The translations under genes and the position numbers were made by a program. Under the pieces are notes generated by a model. That model did not search any database and was not told where the DNA came from. It saw nothing but the letters and a program-made list of their open reading frames with translations. This document shows positions 1 through 12,463 of a DNA stretch of 64,000 nt, in pieces; the stretch's first letter is position 1; each line of letters opens with the position of its first letter. The stretch is from Squalus acanthias (taxonomy: Eukaryota): the NCBI GenBank assembly GCA_030390025.1, contig CM059428.1:147188001-147252000 (forward strand), in the 5' to 3' direction.

Positions 1-1399
1 AGACAAGTTAAATGGAGAAGCTCTTTAAAAAAAAAAAAATTGTGTAGGCAATTTTTCATAAATGATTAGGTTTGCTTTTAAAGGTCCCCAACCACAAAAA
101 AATGTTTCAAGGGATACATGATGAAAGTGGGTTTAAACAGGGGGCTGTTAGGACATGGAATACCAGGAACAGTGGTAGTTACATAATCTACAATTGCTTT
201 TAAAATGTAAGTGCATATTTATTTGAAAAATAAACATTTTAAAGGGTATGGGCAAAAGGCATGGAATGGGACCAAGTGGATAGTTTTGCAGAGGGTCAGT
301 GCAGGCATGATGAGCCAAATGGCCTCCTCTGTGCTGTAAAATTCTGATTCTATCTTGAATGTATTGTCAATATTGTGTAGCTTTCATTATGGAATGTTCT
401 AAAAGCTATTTGAAAGCTCAATTTTGATAGTTTTAATAACTGCCACAGGTGCCTCTCTAGAATTAGGATTTCAGTTATGAGCAGGTCTCAAAGGAAGGGA
501 ATGCTTGTAACCATGTGGACAGCGAAATAAACTCCAAACTGGTTGAACAACATTCCTTTCATCTTTGCACAGCTAATAAACTACTGTTTCAATACAATAC
601 TACCAGTATCTTAGGAATATGAATTACTGAACCAACATAAATTATGCTGCACTCACAATAGGATTTTATATAATCTCTCATTGATGAAACTAACTACTTT
701 ATACTGAGGGGCAGTAAAGGAGGAGGAAGAAAATATGGGCATCTTTGGGATGAGGAGAAATAACTCTGGGATCTTTGAACTTGGTACAATATATCTTTTT
801 AAAAGTGGGATTGAGGTTAGAGATGTTTAACAACACTGTCTGATTTTTTTTCAGGGTAGGTCAGGGAAAGAGATCTACGTTCCCTAATGAGGCTCTGGAT
901 GGAGCAGGCTTCATGAGCTGTATGGCCTTTTCTCACACTGGATCCTTCTGTGTTCTTACAATGAGTTTGGATTAGAGAGGTTGTGCTGGGTAAGCTGCTA
1001 TTTGCTAACTGTGGGCAATAAATGCCAAATTTGCCAGCGATGCTCACATCTCGAGAATGAAAAAACTACTGAGTAAAACTGTTTTACGCAGAGTTGTTGA
1101 ATAAACTCTGTAATGCCCTTCTTGTGCCAGGTCCTAAATTTGCCTGTGATTAGAGCAGGGAAGTTCACTGTTGGGGGAAGAGAGTCCTAGTTATATTCAG
1201 AGAGATGTAAACTTCCCACCAGTTTGTGAGACTTACCGCCACTATGGAATGTTACTGGGCTTCAGTGTGATGCTTCTGGAGTCTGTAAAAGCCAGAATGT
1301 ACAGGGGAACATGGAGAGAAGTTTCCACCTGGATGAAAGAATGACATTGTTTTGAAGAAATTGTGTTTGTGCTGGGAGCCAGACATATAACCCGATAGG

Positions 1400-1530
1400 T
1401 TGGATTAAGTTGAGTGCAGAGGATTGCTTGCAGGAGCAGGACCTTATCAGTGTATAGTGATAATTTGTGTTTAACTCCTCCAGTCTGTATGCTATATATA
1501 CACTTGGATTTGCGATTATGGCTCAATCTC
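1400..1530 (-). mobile_element. Possible highly decayed L1/Tx1 RT remnant
   Basis: IQTGGVKHKLSLYTDKVLL resembles the L1 GI...HKISLYADDVLL segment. Confidence 0.4.
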
Positions 1531-1544
1531 TAAAGCAAAGACTA

Positions 1545-3200
1545 TAACAACTTGCATTTATTATAAATATGTCCCTAGGTGCTTCACAGAGGAGAAAAGG
1601 ATATTGCACCAAGCCTTTGCAAGAAGGTTCAGAGAGGTAACCGAAGGTTTGGTCGAAAAGCTGTATTTTGAGAAGATGTTTAAAGGTGGGATGTAGGTAG
1701 AAAGGCCAAGGAGTTCAGGGACAGAGTTGCAAAGAGAAGGGCCGAGGCAGGTGAAAACTGCCATCAAAGGTGGAGTAGGTGGGGAGGGAGGGAGACACAG
1801 GAGGCCAGAATCTGAGGACCGGACGGAGCTAGGATGCAGTAAGGCATTAGTTGGATTTGTAGACAATTACCAGGATTTGAACCCAGATCCACTGGGGAAT
1901 GGGAAGCCAATATAGGTCAACAAGGCTGGGAATGATAGTCGAGTGGGACAAGACATGGGTGGCAATGTTTTGGACAATTTGAAGTTTATGGAGAATGAAG
2001 GTCAGGAGGCTGGTAAGAACGATATTGGAGAAGTCAGGTCTGGAGATGGCAAAGGATTTTGGCAGCAATGAAGGTAAAGTAGGGCTGTAGGCACACAGTG
2101 TATGAAGCTCAACTCTGGGGCGAACAAAGCACTAAGATTGTACTCAGTCAGCTTCAGCCACTGCAAGCCGTCAGGGAGGGGGGTGGAGGGGGGATAGCAA
2201 AAAGACAAAGTTTTTGGCAAGGTCTGAAAATGATGTAGGAAAATGAAGAGAAGACCAAGGAGGGATCCCGTGGAGTATTCTGAAGGTGACTGTGTGGCAT
2301 CTCGAGGAAAAGGCATTTCTGGAGCTGCGTTGGGATAGCTAGGAATATGCAAAGGGAATCTCATGAGGTGAACTATGAAGGAGAAGCAGTGATCACCATG
2401 ATAAACACTACTCTATTCTGATATAAACTGCATCGTCAAACCCCTTTTCTTTGCCTCTTGCACCCTTACCTTTAAAGCCAAGGGCGAGGAGTTAATGGAT
2501 TTCCTCATTTCAAAGATTGAGACCATTCAATCTTTGGGGTTTGACGATGCAATTTGTAAGGAGGTACAAGGTGCCACAGAGGATATTGTTGGTGACTTGG
2601 ATCATCGTGATCTCAATGTGTGGGCAGGCCAGGAATTGGACAATGGGATTTGAACAGGTAAAATGAGCTACGAGATGACAGCAAATTCAAGAATCTTGGA
2701 CAAAAAAGGAAGATTAAAGATGGGTTGTTCCAGAGGTGGACATGTCAAGGGTGAGGTCTATTTTTGGAGTACGATGATGATGTCAGTTTCGAAAGGAAAG
2801 TGGCAGTGCCTGATTGGAAGCCATTATCAATATGGGAGAGTGAAAAGTAGTTCAATGGTCAGGAGTTGGGTAGGGAAAAGGATCAAGCATTCAGGAGACA
2901 ATCTCAGAAGAAGGGGAAATGAGCTTGGAGAGGAAGTGTGGAGAGTGGGGTAAGAGTACCTGCAATGTTATACAGGTCAAGGTTAGGTGAGCGATGGGTT
3001 GGGAAGTGATCAGCGACAGGGAAATTAGCATCTGAGCCAGCTGCGTGAATGGGTTCAATCTTTGTGATGAGGAAATCCATTAACTCCTCGCCCTTGGAAT
3101 TGAAGGTAAGGGTAGAAGAGGTGAAGAAAAGGGGTTTGAAAATGCAATTTGTATCAGAATAAAATAGTGAAGACAAAGGACAATCTAGTCTTGTTCCTTG
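1545..3200 (-). mobile_element. Old rearranged L2 LINE
   Basis: L2 tail (aacaacttgcattta at 1546); fragments ISRPDFSN, LYWLPI, ELMDFLITKIE. Confidence 0.65.
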
Positions 3201-3549
3201 GTGGAGGAGAATGCAAATAGTTCAAGTTTTTCATGCACAACAAAATTTGGGGGTTTAGGATTTTAATCCTACTGAATATATCTTTGAAGGCCATTTTCAC
3301 CAACAGAGGAATCAGAAGCCCTAATTCACCCAGTCCAGCGTTTCTCTATATTCAATAAGCTGGAATGGCTGTGCTTTTTGTAAATTAATGCAATTGCAGC
3401 TAACTGAAAGGACAACAGTTGGAAGTATTTTATAGAATTTAGCAGGAAATTCATTGAGCCTGGGGGCCTTTCCAAATTGCAAAGACTAAGAGACTTTACA
3501 AGGATTTCTTCTCTGCAAAACAGTGGGGGAAGAACTGTGCTGGGTACTA

Positions 3550-3972
3550 CAGGAAACTTTCGTTTATCCGGCATCGACGGGACCGGCGTGGTGCCGGTTT
3601 ATCGAAAGTACCGGATAACAGAGTTATATCTACCGAGGCTATTTTTAACAAAGAGACTCCAAGCAGCACGGGAGAATCTACTCATGCTACTGCAATGTTT
3701 CGGACTTGCGACAGCGCCAGGTGGCCGAGTAGTGGCACTTTTGAAAAGTACCCCTACTGACTAAATCGGCGTTCGCGGACTCGGACTCAGACTCGGGATC
3801 GGCAACATTGCCGGTTATTTGAGAGGATTTTTCGGAGCACTCAGCGTTCGTGGAGACTCGACTGCGACTCGGCAACATTGCCGGTTATTTGAGAGGAGTT
3901 TTCGGAGGATGATTTTTGCCGGTTAAGCGAGAATTCCGGATATTTGGGTGCCGGATAAACGAAAGTTTCCTG
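3550..3972. mobile_element. Tc1/mariner (pogo/Tigger-like) MITE
   Basis: Perfect 24-bp TIR CAGGAAACTTTCGTTTATCCGGCA; TA duplicated at 3548-3549 and 3973-3974; CpG-rich; internal ~65-bp direct duplication. Confidence 0.9.
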
Positions 3973-4087
3973 TATGTGCAACAACATTATAAATGCCTTC
4001 AAGAAGAACTTGCAATTTTGCTGTACGAGCAAAGCAATTCTTCCTGCCCAACATTCCCTCAGTCATCCATCAGTGCTCTGCTTCATG

Positions 4088-4575
4088 AGTGCTTAGGTTT
4101 CACATGTACGCTGATGACACCCAGCTCTACCTCACCACCACCTCTCTCAACCCCGCCCTGCCTGATTTGTCACACTGCTTGCACGACATCCAGTACTGGA
4201 TGAGCAGAAATTTCCTCCAATTAAATATCGTCTTTGGTCCCCGCCACAAACTCCATTCCCTAGCCACCGACTCCATCCCCCTCCCTGACCACTATCTGAA
4301 GCTGAACCAGACCATTCACAACCTTGGCGTCCTACTTGACCCTGAACCGAGCTTCCGACCCCATATCCTCTCCATCACCAAAACTGCCTACTCTCTACCT
4401 CTCTCTGCTCCTTTAAGATGCTCCTTAAAACCCACCTCTTCGGCCAAGCTTTAACCTGTCCTAGTATGTCCTTGTGTGGCTCGGTATCAAATTTTGTCTG
4501 ATAACTCTCCTGCGAAGTGCCTTGGGACGTTTTACTACATTAAAAGGCGCTATATAAATGCAAGTTGTTGTTTTT
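4088..4575 (+). mobile_element. L2 LINE 3' fragment with internal deletion
   Basis: FHMYADDTQLY...NLGVLLD; tail aaggcgctatataaatgcaagttgttg. Confidence 0.88.
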
Positions 4576-5580
4576 GTTGCTTTGCCTCTGATGTAGATAT
4601 AGCATATGTCTCTGTGCATGTCTTCCAATTCCTCAAAAAATGTATCTCTCTCTCTCCTCTGCTGAGTACTTTCCCAGGTCAGATCAGGAACTTGTGAGGA
4701 CATCAAGGACCTATGGGACATACATTTATTAAAAAAAATACAAAATGCAGATGACAAGAGAAGCATCAGAGTAAGTAAATGGACTGTAAAAAGAGAACAG
4801 AAAATGAGGAAGAGGGGGAACAGAGAAGCGCAAAGAAGTCATTCTTTTGGACAGATCATGAACCTGACTCAGGATTTAGATACATTACAAACTGATACAG
4901 GCACAGTGTGTCCACAAGACCTTGAAACACCAGAGAAAACTTTCACTGATGGAAACAGGATTGCACAAATCAGTTACATATTCTCAACACCAGACTTCAG
5001 TCTTCCTTTTATTCCTTAAAAGCAATGTGCTCAATCTTTCGGTCTGGCAGTAACTCGTGTGCTGGAATGAAATGACTCCATCTCCTCAATCTGCATAGTT
5101 TTTCTCTCATCTGTAATACTTTCAGGTAATTGTTGTAACAACTCAATCTCTTGACTGCACCGGAGCCCCTTTCCCCATCCTTTTTCTGTCCCAATTTGCT
5201 GCCCTATCTCATCTTCTGCTTCCCCTCTTTTCCCTGTCTTCTTCCATTCATACTTCCATCCTCCCTCGCTCCCACCCCCGATTCAATTCAAAATCCCGCT
5301 GTTAAGCCCCATCACATATTCTCACGCAGAACTCCATCCTGCCACCATCCCAGGCTCTTATTTATCTTTGATAGGCTCATGCCTAACCTGAGTATTTTCT
5401 CTTGCACCTAATGCCATCTCTCTAGCCTTGTTCAAGTGTCTGTGGGTTGCTAAATTCCCCTCTCTCAATGCTCAGCCCACTACCTTCACTCATTGGTGGT
5501 TAACATCTCCAACCTGATACCCATTTCTCTTTCCCCTTCCCCTGAATTTCACATTCCCCTGAATTTCACAATGTGTCCAA

Positions 5581-6015
5581 GTGTCAGCTTAGCTTAAGTG
5601 GGAGCATTCTTGCTTGGGTCTTAAGGTTGTAGGTCCAGGCCCCAGTCTGTAATTCAGCACACAATCCAGGCGGACACGACTGCACTACTGAGGGAGTGCT
5701 GCATTGTCAGAGGTGCTGTCTTTCGGATAATATGTCAAACCGAAGCACCATCTTTCTGTTCAGGTGGACATAAAATAAAACAGTCTAATGTCACTATTTG
5801 AAGACGAGCAGAGTTCTCCCAGAGTCCTAACCAACATTCCTCCCCTAACCAAAAACAGATTATCTGGTCATTTATTCATTTGTTATTTGTATGACCTTGC
5901 TATGTGCAAATTGCCTACACACTAACAGTGAACGTATTTCAAATGTAATTCATCAATTGCAAAGTGTTTTAGGGTGCCCTGAGGATATGAAAGATGCTCT
6001 ATAACTGCAAGTTTT
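5581..6015 (+). mobile_element. DeuSINE (SacSINE1-like), decayed
   Basis: tRNA-like head; central tactgagggagtgctgca...ctttcggat...caggtgga block; L2-type tail (gctctataactgcaagt). Confidence 0.75.
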
Positions 6016-7457
6016 TACTTTCTCTCCATGCCCTCTCCAAATTCTCTTTACAATGCATGTTTGAGATAGCTGTTCCAACCATTCACCATGGAAGACAACA
6101 AATCTAATCAATGAGGAAGAATCTCTGGTTTCACACTGTAATTTTTCAGTTACTTGCAAATACTGGGGATGAATGTCAGTAGCCAATTAGATTGTGACCT
6201 TAGCTGGAACAGGAAACCAGGATCTAGATATTTCAACCAAATTTTGAAGATTCTTTGGTCAGACAACAATCAGCAACAGCCACCAATCGAAAAAAGGTAA
6301 ACCAATCAAATCATTCAAAAAAAAGTTGAAAATACTTTCCGCTGCCATTTTGAACTCTCACTGTCCGAGTACTGGAAATAAGACTTGCAACAAAAGAAAT
6401 AAAAAATTACAAAATTTACAGGAAAACAATTAAAACCTTTATATTATTTTATGCATTTGAAATGCCAGTAACAATGTTCTCCGTCAGAAGTCTGTGCCTA
6501 CAGAAAAAGCCTGAACCTTAAGTTCATGCAGGTTCTTAATCCATCATTGTTAGTTGAAGAGACTCAGCTACGAGCAGGCACTTGTGTGTATAACTTCTAG
6601 TTGTTTGGCTCACAGCAAAACTGGCCATTCATAGCATGCTCGGAATTACTGTTTACAAGCCCCACCAGAAAAATTACTGAGAAAATTATTTTCGGCCTGT
6701 GTACTCATAATATGAACTCCCCTGTGTATGCATTGAAACAATTAGCTGCTTTCCCCAAACATCACAACCACTGAATGTTGAGTAAATTCCTGAGTGCTAT
6801 AGTAGTTAATTATCATAACTAGAAAAGCCTCCAAGGATAAAACTAGTCATTTAGAGGCCACTTTTGACATGCAGGCCCTTAGACAAATCAGTGATCAGGT
6901 CACAAATCTTTCCTAAACCAAATTGAAAGCATTTAACCGTGTAAACAAAACCTTGCCCATCAGGGGTTCTGTAGACAACTCACATCATAGTCTTGCATCC
7001 TTTGCTGTTCCTTAACTCTACCCATATTGTCTCCACTGCCCAATCACCCTTACTAAAATCTCCTCTTTCTATTGTGGTAATTGTGTCTTTTATCAATATT
7101 GCAGTAAGTGTGTCTTTTATCTACTCCCCTTCCTTCCCAATTTCCCTGTCCTTCCAGAGATCCTATAGCCTGGTATATTCAGCTCCCAAGCATGCTCAGA
7201 TTGTAGCCAGATCTATGTAATGGCTACTACATTGTACCCTTTTAGCTGAATTTGTGCTTCTATTTTTTGTATTCGTTCATGGGATGTGGGCATCACTGGC
7301 AAGGCCAGCATTTATTGCCCATCCCTAATTGCCCTCGAGAAGGTGGTGGTGAGCTGCCTTCTTAAACCACGATGCGGAGATGCCGGTGTTGGACTGGGGT
7401 GGACAAAATTGAGAGGTCGCACAACACCAGGTTATAGTCCAACAGTTTTATTTGAAA

Positions 7458-7499
7458 TCACAAGCTTTCGGAGCTATCGATTGCTCCTTCCTCAGGTGA
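7458..7499 (-). ncRNA. Minimal type I hammerhead ribozyme motif (mirror copy, sense in ARHGAP12 pre-mRNA)
   Basis: Exact reverse complement of 7566-7607. Confidence 0.75.
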
Positions 7500-7565
7500 A
7501 GTAAATTAGATACAGAATTTGTTCTCTATCTATATATGCTTTGGCGATTCTGTATCTAATTTACT

Positions 7566-7607
7566 TCACCTGAGGAAGGAGCAATCGATAGCTCCGAAAG
7601 CTTGTGA
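7566..7607 (+). ncRNA. Minimal type I hammerhead ribozyme motif
   Basis: UCAC-CUGAGGA-A-GGAGC(aaucgaua)GCUCC-GAAA-GCUU-GUGA: core boxes, 5-bp stem II, palindromic AAGCUU at helix III, stem I UCAC/GUGA. Confidence 0.75.
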
Positions 7608-9709
7608 TTTCAAATAAAACTGTTGGACTATAACCTGGTGTTGTGCGACCTCTCAATTCTTAAACCACTGCAGTCCATGTGGTAATTCACTTATTTTATT
7701 TCTTATGCTGATCTTATTGCCCCTTCATGTTACTATGTGTGGAAAATAGAAAAAAAACTGAAGACAACAAGAAGTCCCAGGATTAAGAATGGCTATCCCT
7801 TTGAAGTTCAAACATATTTTGCAGCAAGCAGGCAACAAAATGTTAACACTGTTTGCATCTTGCCTGACAAAGTGGGAATGGCTTGTTGGCTTCCTGATAT
7901 AGAACTGCCTGCTTGTTTTGACACCTGGAAGCAACAGGAAATTAGATTTTCCTCTCGACAACAGGCTGTATGTGTCAGCTACCAGAGTCTTTATCTTAAT
8001 ATGTTTCTTAATAAAAAAGGTAGTTGCCTTATTTTTTTCAGACTGGCAGTTTTCTGTCTTCCATTTTAAATCTTATTGGACGACAGTCTCCATTTTAATC
8101 TTAGCTATTTTAGAAATCATAAAACCAAATTCCTTTTCATCACAGACTGCTCTCCTGTTGTGTGCTAATTTTAAATGAAAGCGTTGTGGTGCAATGGATT
8201 TACACTCTAACATGCTGTGCTTTAGAGTGGTAGGATGCAGGTAGTTTTAGGTTTCTGTAGTTTCTCACGTGTCAAGTTCCTGATTCCAACATGCTACTGT
8301 ATCATAACTGAAGGCCAGGCATTTCCCCAAAGGGAAGAGGAGGAACAATAGACATAATTAACTCCTGTGCACTTCCTATTGATGATAGAGTAACACAGAC
8401 ATTCCTAGTTTCTGTGCCTAGGGAAGTCTGAAGAGAAGAAAAGTAAAATAAATTTTGTTTGGGGTGGGGAAAAGTACTTTTGTTCGCAAACTCCAGGAAT
8501 TTGAAGAAGTAGTAGAAGCAGTTCAACTAGACTAAATAAATGGCAACTCTGGTCTGTCAGCATTTGCATATATTTCAGCCAAGTGTCTGCATTCACGGCA
8601 GCTATTTTGTGCGTCAAAAATTGAAAGATTAGCAATTTAAGACAATTTTAACTATTATATGTTTTAACTTCAACACTCTACCACATATTGTTATTGCTAA
8701 TTTTTCATACTAGAATTTTTCACTAACAATGACTGGTAATTCAAGTGCCAGGCAAAATAGTGATTCAACCATTGTAACCATTAGGTTGGAAATGCAATAC
8801 TGTAACTTTTTGACTAATGTTTCACATAGTATATTAGTTTCATGGTTAGCAGTCTTCATTCTTTGAATTAAAATTTCCCACCATGCATCAGCTACTCCCT
8901 AAACCAACACATATTTTATTAAAAGCTTTTCTTCGGATGCTTTCCCACTTCAGAGCCATATCATTTTTTTCACTAAAGTTAGTCAAGTCTGAAGAAGCAA
9001 AGCCAATTTATACTCATTTTTTTTGCTAATATTAGCAAATGAAGGAATTTTAGCACTAAAGATAACAGGCGACTAAACTAAAAATCTTGAAATGCACCTG
9101 GCAAGTGCACTTAGATGTACACATATACAACAGTGAAAAGGCAACAACCACATGTCAAGAGGGACTACGTTAATGATGGAAGACATATGCTCCGGTTTGT
9201 TCTTTGGCAAGAGGTTAAGGAGCTCCAACTTGAGATTTTTAAAAACTAATTAGTTCTGACCTACTGTCATGTAAAATTAATAAAACCATTCCAAATACTG
9301 TGCCTGAAGAGACCAATGCAGATGTAAATGAACTCAGTAAGCAGGATATTACAGCTGAGATGGCAAGAATTCGCTCTACAGATTGTGCTGATCAAGCAAT
9401 GGCCAATAATCCACCACCATGCCACTGCAGCAAATAAATTCTACTCAAAGGATTGTATAATACCACGCTAATCAGCATTTGAGGGATCAATCTAAACTAT
9501 AGGCCTTTAGAAAAATATTTAATCACTACAAGGCTCTGAGTATAGTTAGGTCATACCAGTACCAAAATCTCCAACCTACTGCAATACAGCTCATGATTTT
9601 TTATAAAGACAGCAAAACCAGTACTGTATTTTAGTACCTGCAATTATACTATTGCTGGTTTAATGGAATTACTAATCATTTATTATAAAAATAAATGGTT
9701 CTTACTAGT

Positions 9710-10108
9710 ACAAGTCCCACTCCAGAGACTTGAGCACATAATCCGGGCTGACACTGCAGTGCAGTACTGAGGGAGTGCTGCACTGACGGAGTGCTGTCTT
9801 TCGGATGAGATGTTAAAGCAAGGCCCCATCTGCCCTCTCGGGTGGATGCAAAAGATCACATGGCACTATTCAAAGAAGAACAGAGAAGTTCTCCCGCTGT
9901 CCTGGTCAATATATATCCCTCAACCAACACCAAACAGATGATCTGGCCATTGTCTCATTGCTGTTTGTGAGACCTTGCTGTGTGCAATTTGGCTGCCGCA
10001 TTTCCCTACATTACAACAGTGTCTACACTTCAAAAGTACTTAATTGGCTGTAAAGTGCTTGGAGACGTCCTGAGGTCGTGACAGACGCTATATAATTCCA
10101 AGTTCTTC
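9710..10108 (+). mobile_element. DeuSINE (SacSINE1-like), 5'-clipped
   Basis: ttcggatgagatgttaaagcaaggcccc...atggcactattcaaagaag; tail gacgctatataattccaagt. Confidence 0.8.
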
Positions 10109-10261
10109 CAATATTTACAAACTGTCTCTCTTCACTTTGCTCTCAATATCTAACACTAACAAATCCCATAAATGATATAATAGAAAAATGTGCATTTATA
10201 GAACACCTTTCACATTAAATGCTCCAAAGCACTTCAAACATAATTAGTTACTTTAAAAAAA

Positions 10262-10633
10262 ATTCATTCTCAGGATGTGGACATCGCTGGTGAGGCTGGC
10301 ATTTATTGCCTGTCTCTAGTTGCCCGATACAATAGAGGCTTGCTAGACCACTTCAGAGGGCAGTTAAGAGTCAACCACATTGGTGTGGGATTGGAATCAC
10401 ATTTAGGCAGACCAGATAAAGACAGCAGGTTTCCTTTGCCAAAGGACATTAGTGAGCCAGTTGACTTTTTATGACAATCCAACAGCTTCATTGTCACTTT
10501 TGCTGATACAAGTTTTATTTCTGGATTTTTTTTTGAAAAACCGAATTCAAATTCTCAAACTGTCACGGTGGGATTTGAACACTCATTCTCTGGATTATTA
10601 GTCCAGTAACACAACCACTACACTACTGTATCC
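10262..10633 (-). mobile_element. tRNA-headed SINE sharing head and tail with the LINE at 29173-32363
   Basis: 10326-10633 aligns by eye with 32065-32363; 10262-10325 matches the LINE 3' end (gctggcatttattgcc...agttgccc). Confidence 0.8.
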
Positions 10634-11240
10634 TAAATTAGAAGGGGAGTGTTTGTTATGCAGACAAACACAACAGCCATTCTGTGCCAGCAATGCCTCA
10701 ACAAACGACCATGAGATAAATGACCAATCAATACAGAAAAACAAATTAAAGAACACTGACTAGAACACTGGGCCTCAGCAAATAATGTCATGGGATTTTT
10801 CACTATCTATCTGAACCACTGGAACTGCCAGAAGGGGCCAAATAAATAGCGCCACTGTAAATTCAGCAGTCCCTTCGTATTGCAGAGAAGTGCCCAACCT
10901 AAATTATGAGCTCAAGTTCCTGGTATAGGGTCTGAAACCAATAAATTCAGAAATGAGAGCACTACGAACTGTGGCAAGAAGAAAGCAATTATATTTCTAT
11001 TCTGAATGTTAATTATTTATAATATATACTTGTTCAGAAGCAAGAGAGTCAGAAGTTACTGCTATATCTTCTGTTTTAAATCCTTATTGTAATCAACTGA
11101 AGTTGCCAGTTAAGCACAGCATGCAGTGAAACATTTTTAAACATACAAAAAGTCATACAATTGCCTATGTGCATTACATCAGATATTAACAAAAAAAAAC
11201 TGTTATTCAGCAAATACTGCATCTCGCTCTCAAACCTAAT

Positions 11241-11948
11241 GGCCCTGATTTTGCTGTAGCAGGCATCGAACGATGTCTTAAAAAAAAGTGTCGCAAGTTG
11301 CTGAAAGTGCAAGCTGATAATGCAGCGAGGGAAACAGGGCATCAGGGATCCAAGTGAACAGGACAACCAATTGTGTATCTCCTTAACCAATCAGATTGAA
11401 GGGTGGAGAAATAAACAGAGGAAGGACAGTGAAGGAAATGCAAATTGGAGTGGGTGAATTCATTATCAAATCAGGTACAGAAAGAAAAATAAGAGGGGAA
11501 AAAAAGATTGGATTAATAGACAAAAAATAGACAAAGAAAAGTTTTTAAAAATGTAATCATTTTAAATATCTCCAACAATTAATCCCTGAAGGAATGAGAC
11601 TTCACACTTGTAATAGTGCCAGAGGTAGATTCGCAGTAATTAACAATTATCACATTTTTAAAAAAGGTACTTACATTTGTAACGACAAGACTTCCTGTAG
11701 CAAGTTTAGTTTGTATCTACCGCGCAAGTACAGCAACTTCATGACATTCAATGCATGTTAATGGTGAGGCAGACAGATTAATGCTGATTTTGAGAAGTCA
11801 ACGGCGGAGCGGCACAACTCGGAAGACAACTTTTGGATATTGGCATTTAACCGCGCATCTGCTCCTCGCCTGAAGTTGCTGTACCATTTACACAAATAAT
11901 GGCGAGCACCATTAGCCTCACTGTTATTTCGACAGCAAAATCTGGCCC
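11241..11948 (-). mobile_element. Non-autonomous DNA transposon (~720 bp, GGCC-terminal TIRs), family copy 1
   Basis: ggccctgattttgctgt ... acagcaaaatctggccc; the body is the reverse complement of the copies at 36559 and 53222. Confidence 0.75.
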
Positions 11949-12046
11949 TTTATCAATTTTTTATGGGAAAATTAGATCAAAACTTGAAGTAGACAATGAT
12001 ACTATGGGCAAAGAGAAGTGGGATTAGCTTTGGATTGCTCTAAAGG

Positions 12047-12463
12047 CAGAGGTTCCCAAAGTGGGAGGCTCAATGAGAGTATCCTGTGGGGGGGGGGGGG
12101 GTGTCGGACATAATGTCTAGAAAATTCTTCAGATCAGCTCCCGCTTCAATGGCGTTACTTCGCTGGAAATATGGCAGAAACCACACACTTCTGCCGAAGT
12201 AATGAAGTGGGAGCAGATCCAAGGAACTTCCCAGACAGTGAGATCTCATGATAAGATTGGACTTCATAGTAAACCCCTAAAGTATAAGGGAGCATAATTA
12301 AAACAGCTGAAGTGACAAAACTGCTAAAGTATTCTGGATTACCACCTTTATCGGCACCAATATTAACCATGCAAAAATATTGTTTCTTAGAAAGAAGGGG
12401 TGTCCATGAACATAACTCTCCGAAGGGGATGGGGTGCAGTAAAAAACTGTTTGGGAACCTCTG
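12047..12463. mobile_element. hAT (Charlie-like) MITE inserted in a CR1 3' tail
   Basis: 14-bp TIR CAGAGGTTCCCAAA / TTTGGGAACCTCTG; near-duplicated flanks ctctaaagg / ctctaagc. Confidence 0.8.

Larger units (their letters stand above)
7371..7658. mobile_element. Miniature fold-back Penelope-like element (inverted pseudo-LTRs), non-coding
   Basis: Perfect 112-bp inverted arms at 7407-7518 and 7547-7658, a 28-bp spacer and a 36-nt one-sided extension at 7371-7406. TSD (TT)CTTAAACCAC at 7359-7370 and 7657-7668. Arms resemble those of the GIY-YIG-bearing element at 16043. Confidence 0.88.
7262..7683 (-). mobile_element. Short 3' tail fragment of the same LINE family, host of the fold-back element
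   Basis: ggcaaggccagcatttattgcccatccctaattgccctcgagaaggtgg...cttaaaccac|tgcagtccatgtggt. Confidence 0.8.

Noticed and set aside
1237-1282. Possible 46-nt minus-strand exon (ttttacAG ... GCG|GTAAGT)
   Set aside because: It has an in-frame stop in phase 0, does not resemble the expected next ARHGAP12 exon (SPVYANL/WW), and lies next to an apparent L1 remnant.
7407-7658. DNA-transposon MITE or pre-miRNA
   Set aside because: The asymmetric tail, long TSD, hammerhead core and homology to the GIY-YIG-bearing element indicate a Penelope-like origin.
7737-8069. 110-aa plus-strand ORF
   Set aside because: Non-ATG start, no recognisable domain, no clear splice context, and antisense to the host gene.
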